NCBI GenBank assembly: GCA_004764695.1
Contig: SMSO01000032.1
Span: 3,752,483-3,816,482 of the forward strand
From: Schizochytrium sp. TIO01
Lineage: Eukaryota > Protista > Bigyra: Labyrinthulomycetes
Length of the DNA: 64,000 bases
Direction of reading: 5' to 3'
Notes under the pieces: generated by a model
The model's input: only the letters and a program-made list of their open reading frames with translations
What the model was told of the DNA's origin: nothing
Databases searched by the model: none
Position numbers and translations under genes: made by a program
Shown: in pieces, positions 49,544 to 61,467 of the stretch
How positions within the stretch are numbered: position 1 is the first letter of the stretch
How the letters are laid out: each line of letters starts with the position of its first letter

Positions 49544-51184
49544 TGTCAAAATCAGTCTGTGCTCTATATAATAGCTAAGTAGGCACTAGGAGGTAGTAAG
49601 CGCTTAGACAAAGGCGACCGACTGACTTAGAAATGCTAAAGAGAGAGAGAAAGAAAGAGAGAAAGAAAGAGAGAAAGAAAGAAAGGTCAGAGACGAAGGA
49701 TGAATGAAGGCCATTGGCGATGTGATGCGAAGGTATGTATGTGTATGTGTGTCCGCATTCTTGTGCCCATTCTTTGTGGCGGAAAAGGGAGAGGGCCCTG
49801 AAGAAGAGAAGAGCGAGATGAGGAGAACGCCTCGATCGGAAGCCGCGATGGAATGAGAGAGTGAGGGCTTGAGGGCATCCACGTTCCTCTTCTTTTTCTT
49901 CTTGTTCCTTTTTTTAGGATGATCATCATTTATATCGTTAACGACATTTTAATGATCACAGTGACAATAAGAATAATCATCATCATCATCATTCATAAAA
50001 TATAGAATTGCTTTCTCTTCTCGCTTCCCTTTGGTTTGTAATTCTTAGTTTGGGATGCTGAAGCAAGATAGCAAGATAAGATAGCAAGTTGTTGATTCTC
50101 CTCTCAGAAATCGACCTTGGAGGCGTCGCCAAGGCATGGCGTACTGAGCGGAATGGTGGACGGCGTGAGGGGAAGCGTGCTTGTCAAGTACGAGATCAGC
50201 TTTAGCCGCTTCGCACATCAGAGACTGCAATATTGCCACAAGTTGCCAAATAAATCTCTTTCCTTGCCCTTTAAAAAAAGTAATAATAATCACAACAATA
50301 ATCAGCAATTGAAGGAAACGAAAGAGAAGCAAGGAAAGGCTGATCCCTTTTTTCAATAAACCTTTTATTGTTTAACAAATATAATATATATAAATTATTA
50401 TATATATAAATTATATATATATATAATGTTATCATAGAGAAACACAACAACCAATGTTCCTCCTACGAACCCGAAGAACTGTTTCAAAGACAAGAAGGAG
50501 AAACCAAGCTCGAGCAAGCTTTGTCCTCGATGGGCAGAGGCCGGCGAACAAACAGGAGCTGCTTTACGCCAGAACGGCTCGGTGCCACCGTCACATTGGC
50601 TGGCTTCGAGCCGCAGCTTTGCTTTGCCTGACTCCGGAATTGACGAAATCGTCAACGACGTTGGCATTTCTTTCACCTACTGCTAGAGAGAGGGGTCCTT
50701 TCTTTTTGTCTGTTGTGCCTATTGAGCACTATAGCATCGCCACCAAAAACTTACTTATACTCTTCGCTCTTCGGGGTTATTTGGAGAAGGAGGCAGTAAA
50801 GCAAAACGAGTGTAAAGAAAGAAAGAGTCCACTTTTGACTATGGAAGCTAGCTAGCTTCGTTCTGAGGTGTTGGTTGCTATTTGGTTATAGAACCGATGA
50901 AGTACGGAGAGATGGTTTTTACACAAAAATAATAAACTTACTCGATTTTATTTTAGTTTTAGTTTCTAGTTTTAGGACGGGAAGCTCAGCAATGAACACA
51001 TGAAGTACTGTTACTTAACAGCAGTTGCTTGCCGACTCGGCTCAAACCGGCACAAGACCTGAAAGCCATAAAGCTCTTCGGCCTCCCTTCACGCACCTCA
51101 ATCTTCATGTTCGTCAGCCTCATCGGCTTCGTTTGGATATCACTAGAACTTGCAAGGCGCCCTCCTCCGTGTTATTCAAGATGT

Positions 51185-51278
51185 TTGTTTCTAATTGTTT
51201 GTTTCTAATTGTTTGCTCGTTTGTAATTGTTTGTAATTGTTTGTAATTGTTTGTAATTGTTTATAAAATTGTTTGTTT
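51185..51278. repeat. 10-bp tandem repeat AATTGTTTGT
   Basis: Direct reading. Confidence 0.85.
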
Positions 51279-53096
51279 GCGGCAAGGCTGACTTTGTTTC
51301 CACGTTCGAGCCAATTCAAAGACGCTCTGAAGGCACAATAGAAGCCACAATGGCCGATGACCGACAAATTGGACCAAATAGACACACAAAAGGTTAGTTG
51401 CATATCTCAAGATCTCTTTTCTTAGAACCTCCAGCTTCGAAGCAGAAGTAGTATATATACCTCTCACACGATCTTCGGCGCCCAACTCAATGTAATCAGT
51501 CGGCTCCTTGACGAGCTTTATCCCATTCATAGTGACTGCAACTATCTGTATTGCGAATATTACCCACTGCTCGATTCCTTTGAACAAGTTCATTTCTGGT
51601 ACAGGTCGAACGTTTAAGACTAGAATCTATCAACACGGCTGCTACTCATGACAATATTAATAAAAAAACCGACAGATATTTTGCCCGCACAATAAATATA
51701 GAATCAGCAAATTCCAGGTAAGAGAACAAAACTTTTTTTGCGCAACTAGAATAAAAGTATTTTTCAATTTCCAAAATTATAGTTTTTAAAATTACATGCT
51801 CGAATCCCGATTCTGGTTTCCCGAAAGAGGAGGCTGGAGCAAACGATGGCATGTGCGTCGGAGCATCGCAATGGATGAAAGCAATCAGGCGCGATACCCG
51901 GCCTTTCTCTACCTTTCCGTGGTGTGCCTGCCCTGTCTTTCAAACCAGGTCCACCAGGGATCATTCATCTCAGAAGCTATCTACTTGCTACGCCTGGGTT
52001 CCTCACGTCGACTTCTCCGGTCCATCTGCCCCGCATTTGAAGATCAATCAATCATTCATTCATTCGACAGCTCATTCAAGAATTCATTCAAGAATTCATT
52101 CCATCCATAGGTATCTTGTTTGCCTATACGAGGAGTGCCGTTCCAGGCTTTGGCCTTTGCGCCATTGTATTGATCGATGCAATGAGCTGATCGGTTCTGT
52201 TGTAGTACGCTTCAAAGACGAGAGATTGAGGGCTCCAAGAATTGAGTTTAGGGCTCCTCGATCCTCGATCGATGGCTTGGATGCTTGGCTCTTACAAAAA
52301 CGTCGATCGATCAAACTTACCCAATATCCAGAGAAGCGTCGTATTTGGCAATGCTCGCTGCCATTGCAGCCCTGAAAGTCCCCGCGTGTCGCCTTTACCA
52401 ACCCCTTCTCCAGCGAGCTTTTCCACGTTACTCTGAGCTAAATCGATGGCTGTGCATTTGTTGTATCTAGGCCACCGGTTCTTGACAAGTGTGAAAGTAT
52501 TCATGATTGTATTCAGGATTTTATTCATGAAGACTCAACAACAGTTGTTCACAGAAGAAAGCAAACTCGCGCGATGGCAATGAGCGCCGCTCTTCGAAAT
52601 GCAGAACCATCTGTGAGCCCTTCCTTCCTCCAGCCATGAGCAAATGCCACGCACATCCAAGGCCCCTGGGAGCTAGCTACCGCGTCTCTAAATCAAAAGT
52701 CGGTACCTTCGTGCTCATCGCCATCCAGTCGACGGCAACTTTACAGGGAGGGAGAGCGATCGACCTTTCGAATGGATCAAAGCCGTACTTTCTGTCTATC
52801 TGCCAGGCTCTAGGAGGGCTTGTGGGACAAATGTTGACGACCCTTTTCATAGCGAACCCTAAAAGTTCGCAAGAAACTCCGTCATTGCCCAACGTGCGAA
52901 GACATAAGCGACCAGGTGCGCTTGTCTGTGTGAGTTTATCTTGAACAAATACGAGAATAACAGCAGCAGCAGCAGCAGCATTGAAATGTGAGCATGGCGC
53001 CGCTAATAAAGATCCTCTCGCTGCTTCTTCGAATAGGCGTCAGGATGCCCAACAAGTCAGAACTGCAACTGCAACTGCAATCAATCAATCAATTGT

Positions 53097-53130
<34 letters not shown>

Positions 53131-54077
53131 TAAAGAATGCCAGATGGCGCATATTGGAACTAGAAGGGTTTAATCTTGCTTTTTAACTTTTCGATTTAAA
53201 ACTTTTAATATAAAACTTTTATTTTTAAATAGAATGCATTAGTTGATACGAACATGTTCATTTTCGTGTTTCGATTTCTCGTTTCCACGAATACTGCAAA
53301 ACCGCCTTACTTTTAAAAGGCCATCCATGCCCGAAAGCGGAGCGGATATTGAATCGAATAGAGCGAAAAGCTGAGCGGTCCAAATCTTGAGTCCCTGCCA
53401 TCCTTCCTCCGAGTGGAAATAGCTTATCATGACCATAACAAAGCAACGGGAAAACCGGTACCTACGTTGGTGTACGCGGCAGAGAAGATAGATCCCCTAC
53501 TGCTCCGCCTTTTCTGAAGTACTATAGTTTAGATCCCAAGCTGTATAACTCTCTAACTCTTTTATAGAAGGATCCCCTTTTAAACGTTAGTGCAGCTTTG
53601 GTAGTGTGTAGTGAATCTGTAGCCCCTCATACTTGAGAATTACTGAGGGGAACGTGTCTTTGTGGGGCACTGAGGGGCTGTGGGTGGGCTCCTTCTGAGG
53701 CTTCTGATACCTCACCTCATTGGACTCCTCGTTTTCTAGAGCTCTCTCTGTTCTGTGTTGCTTGCTAGTAGCCACCTAGGTCCTTGCTTAGTCATCTTTG
53801 CTCGAACAACTTATCTTCGCTCAAGCAGCTTCAGATGTTTTACAGGTCTCTTGGGAGGTCGCTGTGTGACGGACTGATCTCCTGAAAAAGAAACTCGTCG
53901 GTGAGTAGGATGCTTTTTTGTCGCTTGATTCCAAAATTTGGGAGATATGTACACCTAGGTCGTACCAGGGTACCTCCCTCCTCCTCACTTCTTTATGTTT
54001 TTATAGTTTCACTAAAAACGTGACTGAGAGGAGCCTAACTAATTAGCATTAAGCACTTTCTATGTATGCATGCATGC

Positions 54078-54260
54078 CTGTTTGTTTGTTTGTTTGTTTC
54101 AAGTTGTTTGCTTCAAGTTGTTTGCTTCAAGTTGTTTGCTTCAAGTTGTTTGCTCCAAGTTGTTTGTTTCAAGTTGCTTGTTTCAAGTTGCTTGTTTCAA
54201 GTTGCTTGTTTCAAGTTGCTTGTTTGTTTGTTTGTTCGTTTCAAGCTGCTTGTTTGTTTG
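54078..54260. repeat. 14-bp minisatellite TTCAAGTTG[T/C]TTG[C/T] embedded in (TTTG)n
   Basis: Direct reading; about 10 units. Confidence 0.9.
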
Positions 54261-56932
54261 GGAGGAGTCGAGTTTCTTAGTGTGAAAATGTGTGTCATGT
54301 TTTGAGATTCATTACATTGAGCAGTTGAGTGACGCAGACCAACACGAACAAAGTCGATTTAAAGATCCACCGATCGAACGATCGAATGGTCACATGTCTG
54401 ACTCGACGAATAGCTGATTGACCAACCAACAACTGACGAACTCAGACTTGTCTCTGTGTCCGATGTTTCGCTGAAGAATCGAGTCAGTTCTACCAAACAA
54501 GGCCAACTAAACAATCAACCCAACGCAGGCTTTGAGGCAAAATTCACGTATTAGCTTTCCCCATCTCCACCTCTCGAAGGCCAGGCACCACTGCGAGTTC
54601 CCTGGAGCATTCGCTGCCTTTGGTGTTGCGGTCGTTGAGGCCCCGCCAAATCTGTTGTTGAAGCTGTCTGTTGAAGCTGTCTGTTGAAGCTGCTGCGGTT
54701 ATATGTGTAAAATACATATCTTGGAGTCGAAGCTCCTGATGGCGGATTGTGTAATCTCCAAAGCCCAGCACGAAGCGCATCTGCGAACGATCTGCCGTCG
54801 CTGCGCTTGGGAACGAACAGCTCGCGACCCTCTTGGTTGGCAGCACCACCACCAGCAGCACTCGGCGCTTGAGCTGGAGCAGCGAAGAATCAACACCAAC
54901 ATTGATTTGATTTGGCCGAAGCGCCGTATCAACTCTAAGCCCCTGCGGACCACAAGTCGAGCAGCGGAGAGAAATCTCGAACTGCGTTTCACGTTTCAAT
55001 GCAGCTCAGGCGCTAAGATAATAATACCCCAACTGCGCCCGCCAGCTAGCTAGCTAGAAACCCGCCGCTGCTCAACAAACTCGCTGCAGCATCACGAGAA
55101 GAAGTGCTCCGCTCAAGCAACAGCTCCAGCTCAAGGCCGCCTCAGTTAAAATGCTGTCTGTGTCTGTCTTGGGAGTTAGTGAATTACACAGAGGCAGGCA
55201 CACACCTTTTTGCGTTTGAGGTGCGAAGAAAGAAAGAAAGAAAGAAAGAATTAATTACCCACGAGGAACGTCTTTCGACTCGAGCTTTCAGAGCGCCCAA
55301 AGCGAGTGAGTAAGACGATGGACAAACTGACACGTAACTACGCCGGTGAAACGGTCTTTTATCGAGAGACCAGAGCGCCTCGCAGCCAGGCAGGAAGCAA
55401 GCGTTTGAGGGGCGGCGTGGCGGCGTACAACTTGAAGGCGCGACTGGAGATAGATAAGCCGAAAGAACTGACTGCCGCTTTGAGGCTGAAGCCTGTTTAC
55501 AAGTCGCTCGTGATACTGCATCGCGGAACAGACACACCACAAAGGAGCCCGCAGCTGCTAGCACAGCGGTATACGATCCCTATTTGGCAGCTGTGGGTAG
55601 AGGCGCGGGCTCTGTCTGAGGAGCACACAGCGAAGAATACAAGAGGAGCTTGAGATTTTTAGCGGCTCTCACACATGCGGTATCAAATGCTGCATGCATT
55701 TAGACGATACCATACCAGGGACTACGCCTGCTCAGGAAGCGCAGCGGAACACATCCTGAGCACTCGTCATTCTGATTTGGATGGACAGCTAACGAAGAAA
55801 AAGATCAACGTTTTCGCAGTGGCTCGGCCCTCCTCTAATATCAAACTTTGAAGGGTCGATCGTGAACAAGAAAGCGTTGGTACCGAATACTAAAAGGTAT
55901 CTTTGTAACTTGGTGAGAGAGCGCTGTTGTTCCGAAAGGAAAGTTTTACTTTAGAAATCAGAAAATATCATCGTCTTCGTTTTGATATAATATACTAGCA
56001 TTATTTTTGTGCTACTACCTGGACACTTCGCTGACTTATGTTAGTCTAAGAAAGACTTTACTGAGCGTGGCTTTGGGCTTCAATAGACCTTATATACTAA
56101 CGGGAATGGGCAATGGAGGAGGTTTCATGGACTCTAATAACAGATCACGTCTGGAGGAGAGATGCACAAGTTTACAAATAACAAAATCTCTTTGTGCCTC
56201 GAACTTCACTCTTGTCAGCTCTACGAACTTTCACCAAAAAGGTTTTCTTTGTTGGTTTTGTTTTTGTTGGTTTATTAAGCAATAATCTAACGGAAGAGAC
56301 TGACTGACTGTCGAGGTTGGATTTTTACTTGCTTTGAAATTACATGACGGCTTTCACTCATGTAAGTAAACTAATTTTAAAAGTATACCTAAGTAAATAA
56401 GTATGCTTTTTGAGTATACTAAGCCTTCTGACTTATTCCCTTAAACCTAAAGGAAAGAAACAGGCATCCATAGACAATAGCAAAATGTATGGGGTCGCCG
56501 CTTTGAATCGACTCTTCAGACACGTGGAATCTTGATTCCAAGCGAGATAAACACGCGCAACTATCTGTTTCCTTATACCCGCCTAGTCACGCGGCCTTTG
56601 TCGCGTAGAACGTAGTATTTATTTGGTAGAACTTGTATTGACTGCCTTTTTATTTGGCAATTTTGCAACCAAAGTTTGAAACTTAAAGACCTTCCTTCGT
56701 ATACGCAATTCTCTTCTTCAAAGATCGCGGCTGCTCAATTTTTGCCTTTTTTCCCCTTTTTCAGATTTTCTCCAGGTTTTTTTTTTAAACATAATAGTTG
56801 TCATATGATAAACGCATGCTTCTTTGGGAAGTTAATTACACTGGGCTCTAAACCTCCTTGCAATACTTTATTCAACTGTTCTTAAAGTTACCCATGTATG
56901 TAGATGCAAGAGACCCAGCAACAACAGAATGG

Positions 56933-57947
56933 TGACAAGGTTTCCTAATACTTAAAATAATTGTAATAACCCGTCTACTGCGCAGAACATCCTTTTGTGT
57001 AGCTTGATTCGTAGAACTCGGTATAGCTGACGATGCATAACTGTGTATATAGGTCCATGTAATCGTGCGCAACCCATCGACTTTAGTTCTAGAGCTTGTA
57101 ATTCGGCCAAATAGATGGGACACTACTACTACTACACAATGATACGTTGTGTAGTAGTAAATATGACTACTACTATGGTGTAGACTTATCTCAAGTACGA
57201 ACAAGTACTGACTGCAGCATAATTGGCTGCATCATATTTCGCAAAGTATTATTACAATTCTTAAAATCATGACAAGGTTTCCTGATACTTATAATTGTTG
57301 TAATAATCCGTCACAGCTTGTAGACTGCTCAGAATGCCCTTTTGTGAAGTTTGATTCGTAGAACTCGGTATAGCTGACGATGCATAACTGTGTATATAGG
57401 CCCATGTAATCGTGCGCAACCCATCGACTTTAGTTCTGAAGCTTGTAATTCGGCCAAATAGATGGGACACTACTACTACACAATGTATCATTGTGTAGTA
57501 GTAAATATGACTACTACTATGGTATAGACTTATCTCAAGTACGAACAAGTACTGACTGCAGCATAATTGGCTGCATCATATTTCGCAAAGTATTATTACA
57601 ATTCTTAAAATCATGACAAGGTTTCCTGATACTTATAATTGTTGTAATAATCTGTCACAGCTTGTAGACTGCTCAGAATGCCCTTTTGTGAAGTTTGATT
57701 CGTAGAACTCGGTATAGCTGACGATGCATAACTGTGTATATAGGCCCATGTAATCGTGCGCAACCCATCGACTTTAGTTCTGAAGCTTGTAATTCGGCCA
57801 AATAGATGAGACACTACTACTACACAATGATACGTTGTGTAGTAGTAAATATGACTACTACTATGGTGTAGACTTATCTCAAGTACGAACAAGTACTGAC
57901 TGCAGCATAATTGGCTGCATCATATTTCGCAAACTGTTATTACAATT
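56933..57947. repeat. Direct tandem array of three ~340-bp units (starts 56933, 57270, 57614), each with two hairpins
   Basis: Units begin TGACAAGGTTTCCT and end ...TATTACAATT. The three near-identical minus-strand ORFs in the track reflect this repetition. Confidence 0.95.
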
Positions 57948-58140
57948 ATAAGCCCAAACTACAGGCGAAACGCGTTGCTCAAAGAAAATAATTTATCTTT
58001 AAAATGATCAAGTGCGCCCTGGCTTGAGAGCATTGACTCTTGAAAATTTAATCTGGCACTAGTGTATCGCCTGGCCCTATTGTATTTGGCTGTTTAGATT
58101 TTATCCCTGAGCACGCTACAAGAGCAACCAATCGGTAGAA

Positions 58141-59202
58141 TTAAAGCCGCGCAGGGGAAGCAGAAGCAGGAGCGGAAGTTGACGACGTTGCAGATGGTCC
58201 CTCAAACAAAGCAGACTTGGCCTGAAGCCAGGACAAGAGTGCTTTACTACATTCTTCTGGGCGCTCTTGCAAGACCCAGTGCCCAGCTTCAAGTACATCA
58301 TGTTGTGTGTAGTCCTCCATGTAACCTGGCATGTGCTTTGTCATTGACGGAGGCAAGGTCGCGTCACGCCCTGCAGTAACCATAAGGCAAGGGACTTTAA
58401 AAACTTTGCCTTCGGTAGACGTATTCCATTTCCAGTTGCGCTCAACGTTGCGGTACCAAGAAAGCATCCCAAAGAATCCGGAACGGGCAAATGAAGTTGC
58501 GTATTCACGTTCTTCGGCTTCGGTCAGCATTTCGCTACGTGAAATGCCACGCGGAAAATTGACGAGAGCTCCGCCATCTTTGGTTGGTCGCCATGGCATA
58601 CGCATGAAGTCTCCAGCTGCTTCATTATCTTTGTCGGACGTGCCACGAATCATGCAGCGCACTGTGCGATAGTAATCTCGTTCGAGTTCCGCCTGCGCAG
58701 CTTGGCCCAGAAAATAAATTTGATAATTGAATCTCGAATCCACATTAGCACGCATTCGTGGCCATGGATTCTCTGGGCGCCAAGGAAAGTACGGCGTACA
58801 AAATGCTGCGACACCAAGGACTCGCTCTGGGTAGTGCATGGCAAAACTCCATACGCATGTACCGCCCCAATCGTGACCAATGATGACTACTTTTTCAACA
58901 AAAAGAACATCTAAGAGGGCTTCGAGATCCTTGCAGATCTCTTCCATGGCATATGCCTTTTCCTCGCGAGGGACACTTGTTGAACCATATCCACGCATGT
59001 CTGGCACAACAACTCGATATCCTGCCGCGGCCAGCGCTGGAATAACTTTTCGGTACCCAAACCATGAATCAGGGAATCCGTGCACGCACAACAAAGTTGC
59101 GCGGATTTCACCTTGCGGGCATGCTTCTACGTAGTGCATCGTAATATCCGTGCGCAGTGGTGCAAAATAATGCTGCACAACATACTGTTGATTTGCAGCC
59201 AT
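58141..59202 (-). CDS. Soluble epoxide hydrolase-like alpha/beta hydrolase with C-terminal PTS1 (ARL)
   Basis: HGFP oxyanion motif, PDMRGYG, GHDWGG nucleophile Asp, lid Tyr residues (FNYQIYF, SWYRN), GRD, AGHWVLQERP. First ATG 59202. Confidence 0.92.
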   Translation of the reverse strand: MAANQQYVVQHYFAPLRTDITMHYVEACPQGEIRATLLCVHGFPDSWFGYRKVIPALAAAGYRVVVPDMRGYGSTSVPREEKAYAMEEICKDLEALLDVLFVEKVVIIGHDWGGTCVWSFAMHYPERVLGVAAFCTPYFPWRPENPWPRMRANVDSRFNYQIYFLGQAAQAELERDYYRTVRCMIRGTSDKDNEAAGDFMRMPWRPTKDGGALVNFPRGISRSEMLTEAEEREYATSFARSGFFGMLSWYRNVERNWKWNTSTEGKVFKVPCLMVTAGRDATLPPSMTKHMPGYMEDYTQHDVLEAGHWVLQERPEECSKALLSWLQAKSALFEGPSATSSTSAPASASPARL

Positions 59203-60522
59203 CTTGCAAACACGTTCCAGTTTCAAGATGCAGAAACTTGCTAGCTTAGCTAGCTTTCTTTTCCTGAACTTGGTATTAGCACCTAGTGTAACTTTCACTT
59301 CAGCGTATCGAGAAAGCCTCAGACCACTACACAAACGTTATATAGCTTCTGCCCAATGCAAAGGCAGCCCCGCTGACCTTTGGCTACAGATTGTGGGTTT
59401 GGTGACGACATCCTTAAAGTCCAAAGCTCGCTTGTGTTCTGGGACGGACTCATCGTGCCACATCTCCTTAGGTACTCTTAAGATACTACCATAGGCTCAT
59501 TTCAAGTTTTTCTTCCTTCTTTCTTTTTTAAGTAAAGCAAAATCAAAAGTGAGGATGCCACTACTTATTAACAAGAGCTCTGCTTGAAATTTGGGGGGGG
59601 AGAGCTTGTTTCAGATGAATGAATGAACCCTTTCTATCTTGATAACTAGCTCCACAACGTCAGTTATGCTCTCAAGCCATCTGGAAGTAAATTCGCCAAG
59701 CAATCAAGATAGCTAGCTAATCCTGAATAATCAATCAAGAGATACGAAATCTTAGAAAATTTTACAACCTTAAAGAGTCTCAAGTCTTGACCAGAATGAT
59801 TTCGTTGAGGTGGGGGGTGTTCTAATCTTGTACGCCCAATACCCAATGCGAATGCTTTGCTCTCAGAGAGGTAATCACCTCTGTTGACTACAAAATGAAG
59901 GCCTATTGACTGTGTGACTTGCTTATTAGTATTTGGTACTATCAGCCAAACATCTTGTTCTCACAAACAGGTTCAGGTAGTTAACCCACAAACCCCGACC
60001 AGATGCAATGAGAACTTAAACTTGCTATTTACTGAGGAACGAACTTTTGCTCAACTTTGAGTAAAGTAACAACCTCTAGTTTCTACTTTGGAGAAAAGAC
60101 AGGGATACATACATCTTGAATACAGATACACAATTTGATGACAAAAAAGAGGAGTGAAGCTTAGTTTTATTTGATGATTTTTCTACGTGGCACCAGCAAA
60201 AAGCATACAAGAAGGAATTCGTCGAAAGCATCCACAGGGAGGCCTTTTTACCAGCGGAAAACCTTGCGGTCTTTATTGCATTAGACAAAGGTTGCCGAGA
60301 TGAAAAGAACGGTAGAATTGGAGCACAGCAACAAAGCAAGAGGCGCCGAGCTGATGGAACAAACGAGAAGAAGATGATGAAGAAGATGAGAGAAGGTTGA
60401 GGATTGATAGACACGCTGTTGGACGGCGAGTCTAGAAAACAGCCAAAGGAGCGGCACCAAATCTCCAGGGACGAGTTGCCATGTAGGAAATCAATATAAG
60501 AGGTGAGAAAACCAAAGCCAGC

Positions 60523-61467
60523 TTACACTCTAGTGCTGAAGAGGTTCTTACGGATCTCAGGCATGAGCTGGTCGAATGCAGTCTTGAGGCGGCTGTCGAG
60601 AGTGTTGTCACAGACGATGCGGCCATTCGAAGCGAGAAGCTTGACACCACCGGCGCAACTCTTCTTGTTAGAGCCATCTGGGGCTGGGGGCAAGCTCTGG
60701 CCATTCGGGTTCAAGGTGAGGGTCACGTTAGCAGTTTGACCGGTGGCCTCCTTAATCACCTCAGTGTACTTCTTCGCTGCAGCATCCTTAGCTCTCTCTG
60801 CAATGCTAAGGTCAGCCTCGCGCACGAGCAGCTCCACTCTGGGCTCGTTGAGTTTGATAAGGCCTTGCACAATGAGATCGCACAGCATAGTTTCGTACTT
60901 TCCCTGGTCAGCGGTGGCCTTGGTCAACGCCTCAATGCACGAGCCCTTGACCTTGTCGAGGAGCTCCTCGCGGGCCACCATCTTCTTCACACGGAACTGA
61001 GCCTCGGCACGAGAGACCTTGATGCGTTGTTGAATTTTCAGCTATGAAAATTGAAAAAACAAAAAACGAAAAAAACGCAGAGTTAAAATATAACCACAGC
61101 TCCCATATGCAATAGTATGAGTTTGCCAATCAGGGAGACAATGTCATCGGAATATGTGGCATCGATGGGTAGCAGGGTGGAAGGATCAAGATGCAAAGGT
61201 TAGTTGTCTGGTTGAAATATTTGCAAGATTCCTATGATCAAATGAGAAAATCCAAGGAGCTCTCTTTCGTTGAAAACGTACCTGTTTTTCCTTGTCCTTG
61301 ACCTCCTTCTGGATCTTGCTCTTGGCTTTGTGAACGGTCATCTGCTTCTCCAAGTTAGAATCGTGCGCTGTTTGCAGGTGGATTTCGTTGACCTTCTCCT
61401 TGGCCTCCTGGATGATGAAATCGCACATCTGCTGGATCTGCGCATTGCGCTGAGCAGAGGAGTCCAT
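60523..61467 (-). CDS. ATP6V1E: V-type proton ATPase subunit E; exons 61467-61282 and 61041-60523
   Basis: QIQQMCDFIIQEAKEKVNEI...KEKQ|LKIQQRIKVS...LIVQGLIKLNEP...CAGGVKL...GRIVCDNTLDSRL...PEIRKNLF (234 aa). Phase-0 intron 61281-61042, GTACGT...TAG. Confidence 0.95.

Noticed and set aside
54544-55653. 115-151 aa ORFs
   Set aside because: No motifs or clear coding bias; cannot be supported without expression data.
56872-57892. Three similar minus-strand ORFs (MFVLEISL...)
   Set aside because: TTG starts, a non-triplet repeat period and divergent C-termini; by-products of the tandem repeat.
56933-57947. CRISPR-like array
   Set aside because: Whole units are repeated with no unique spacers; eukaryotic context and no cas genes.
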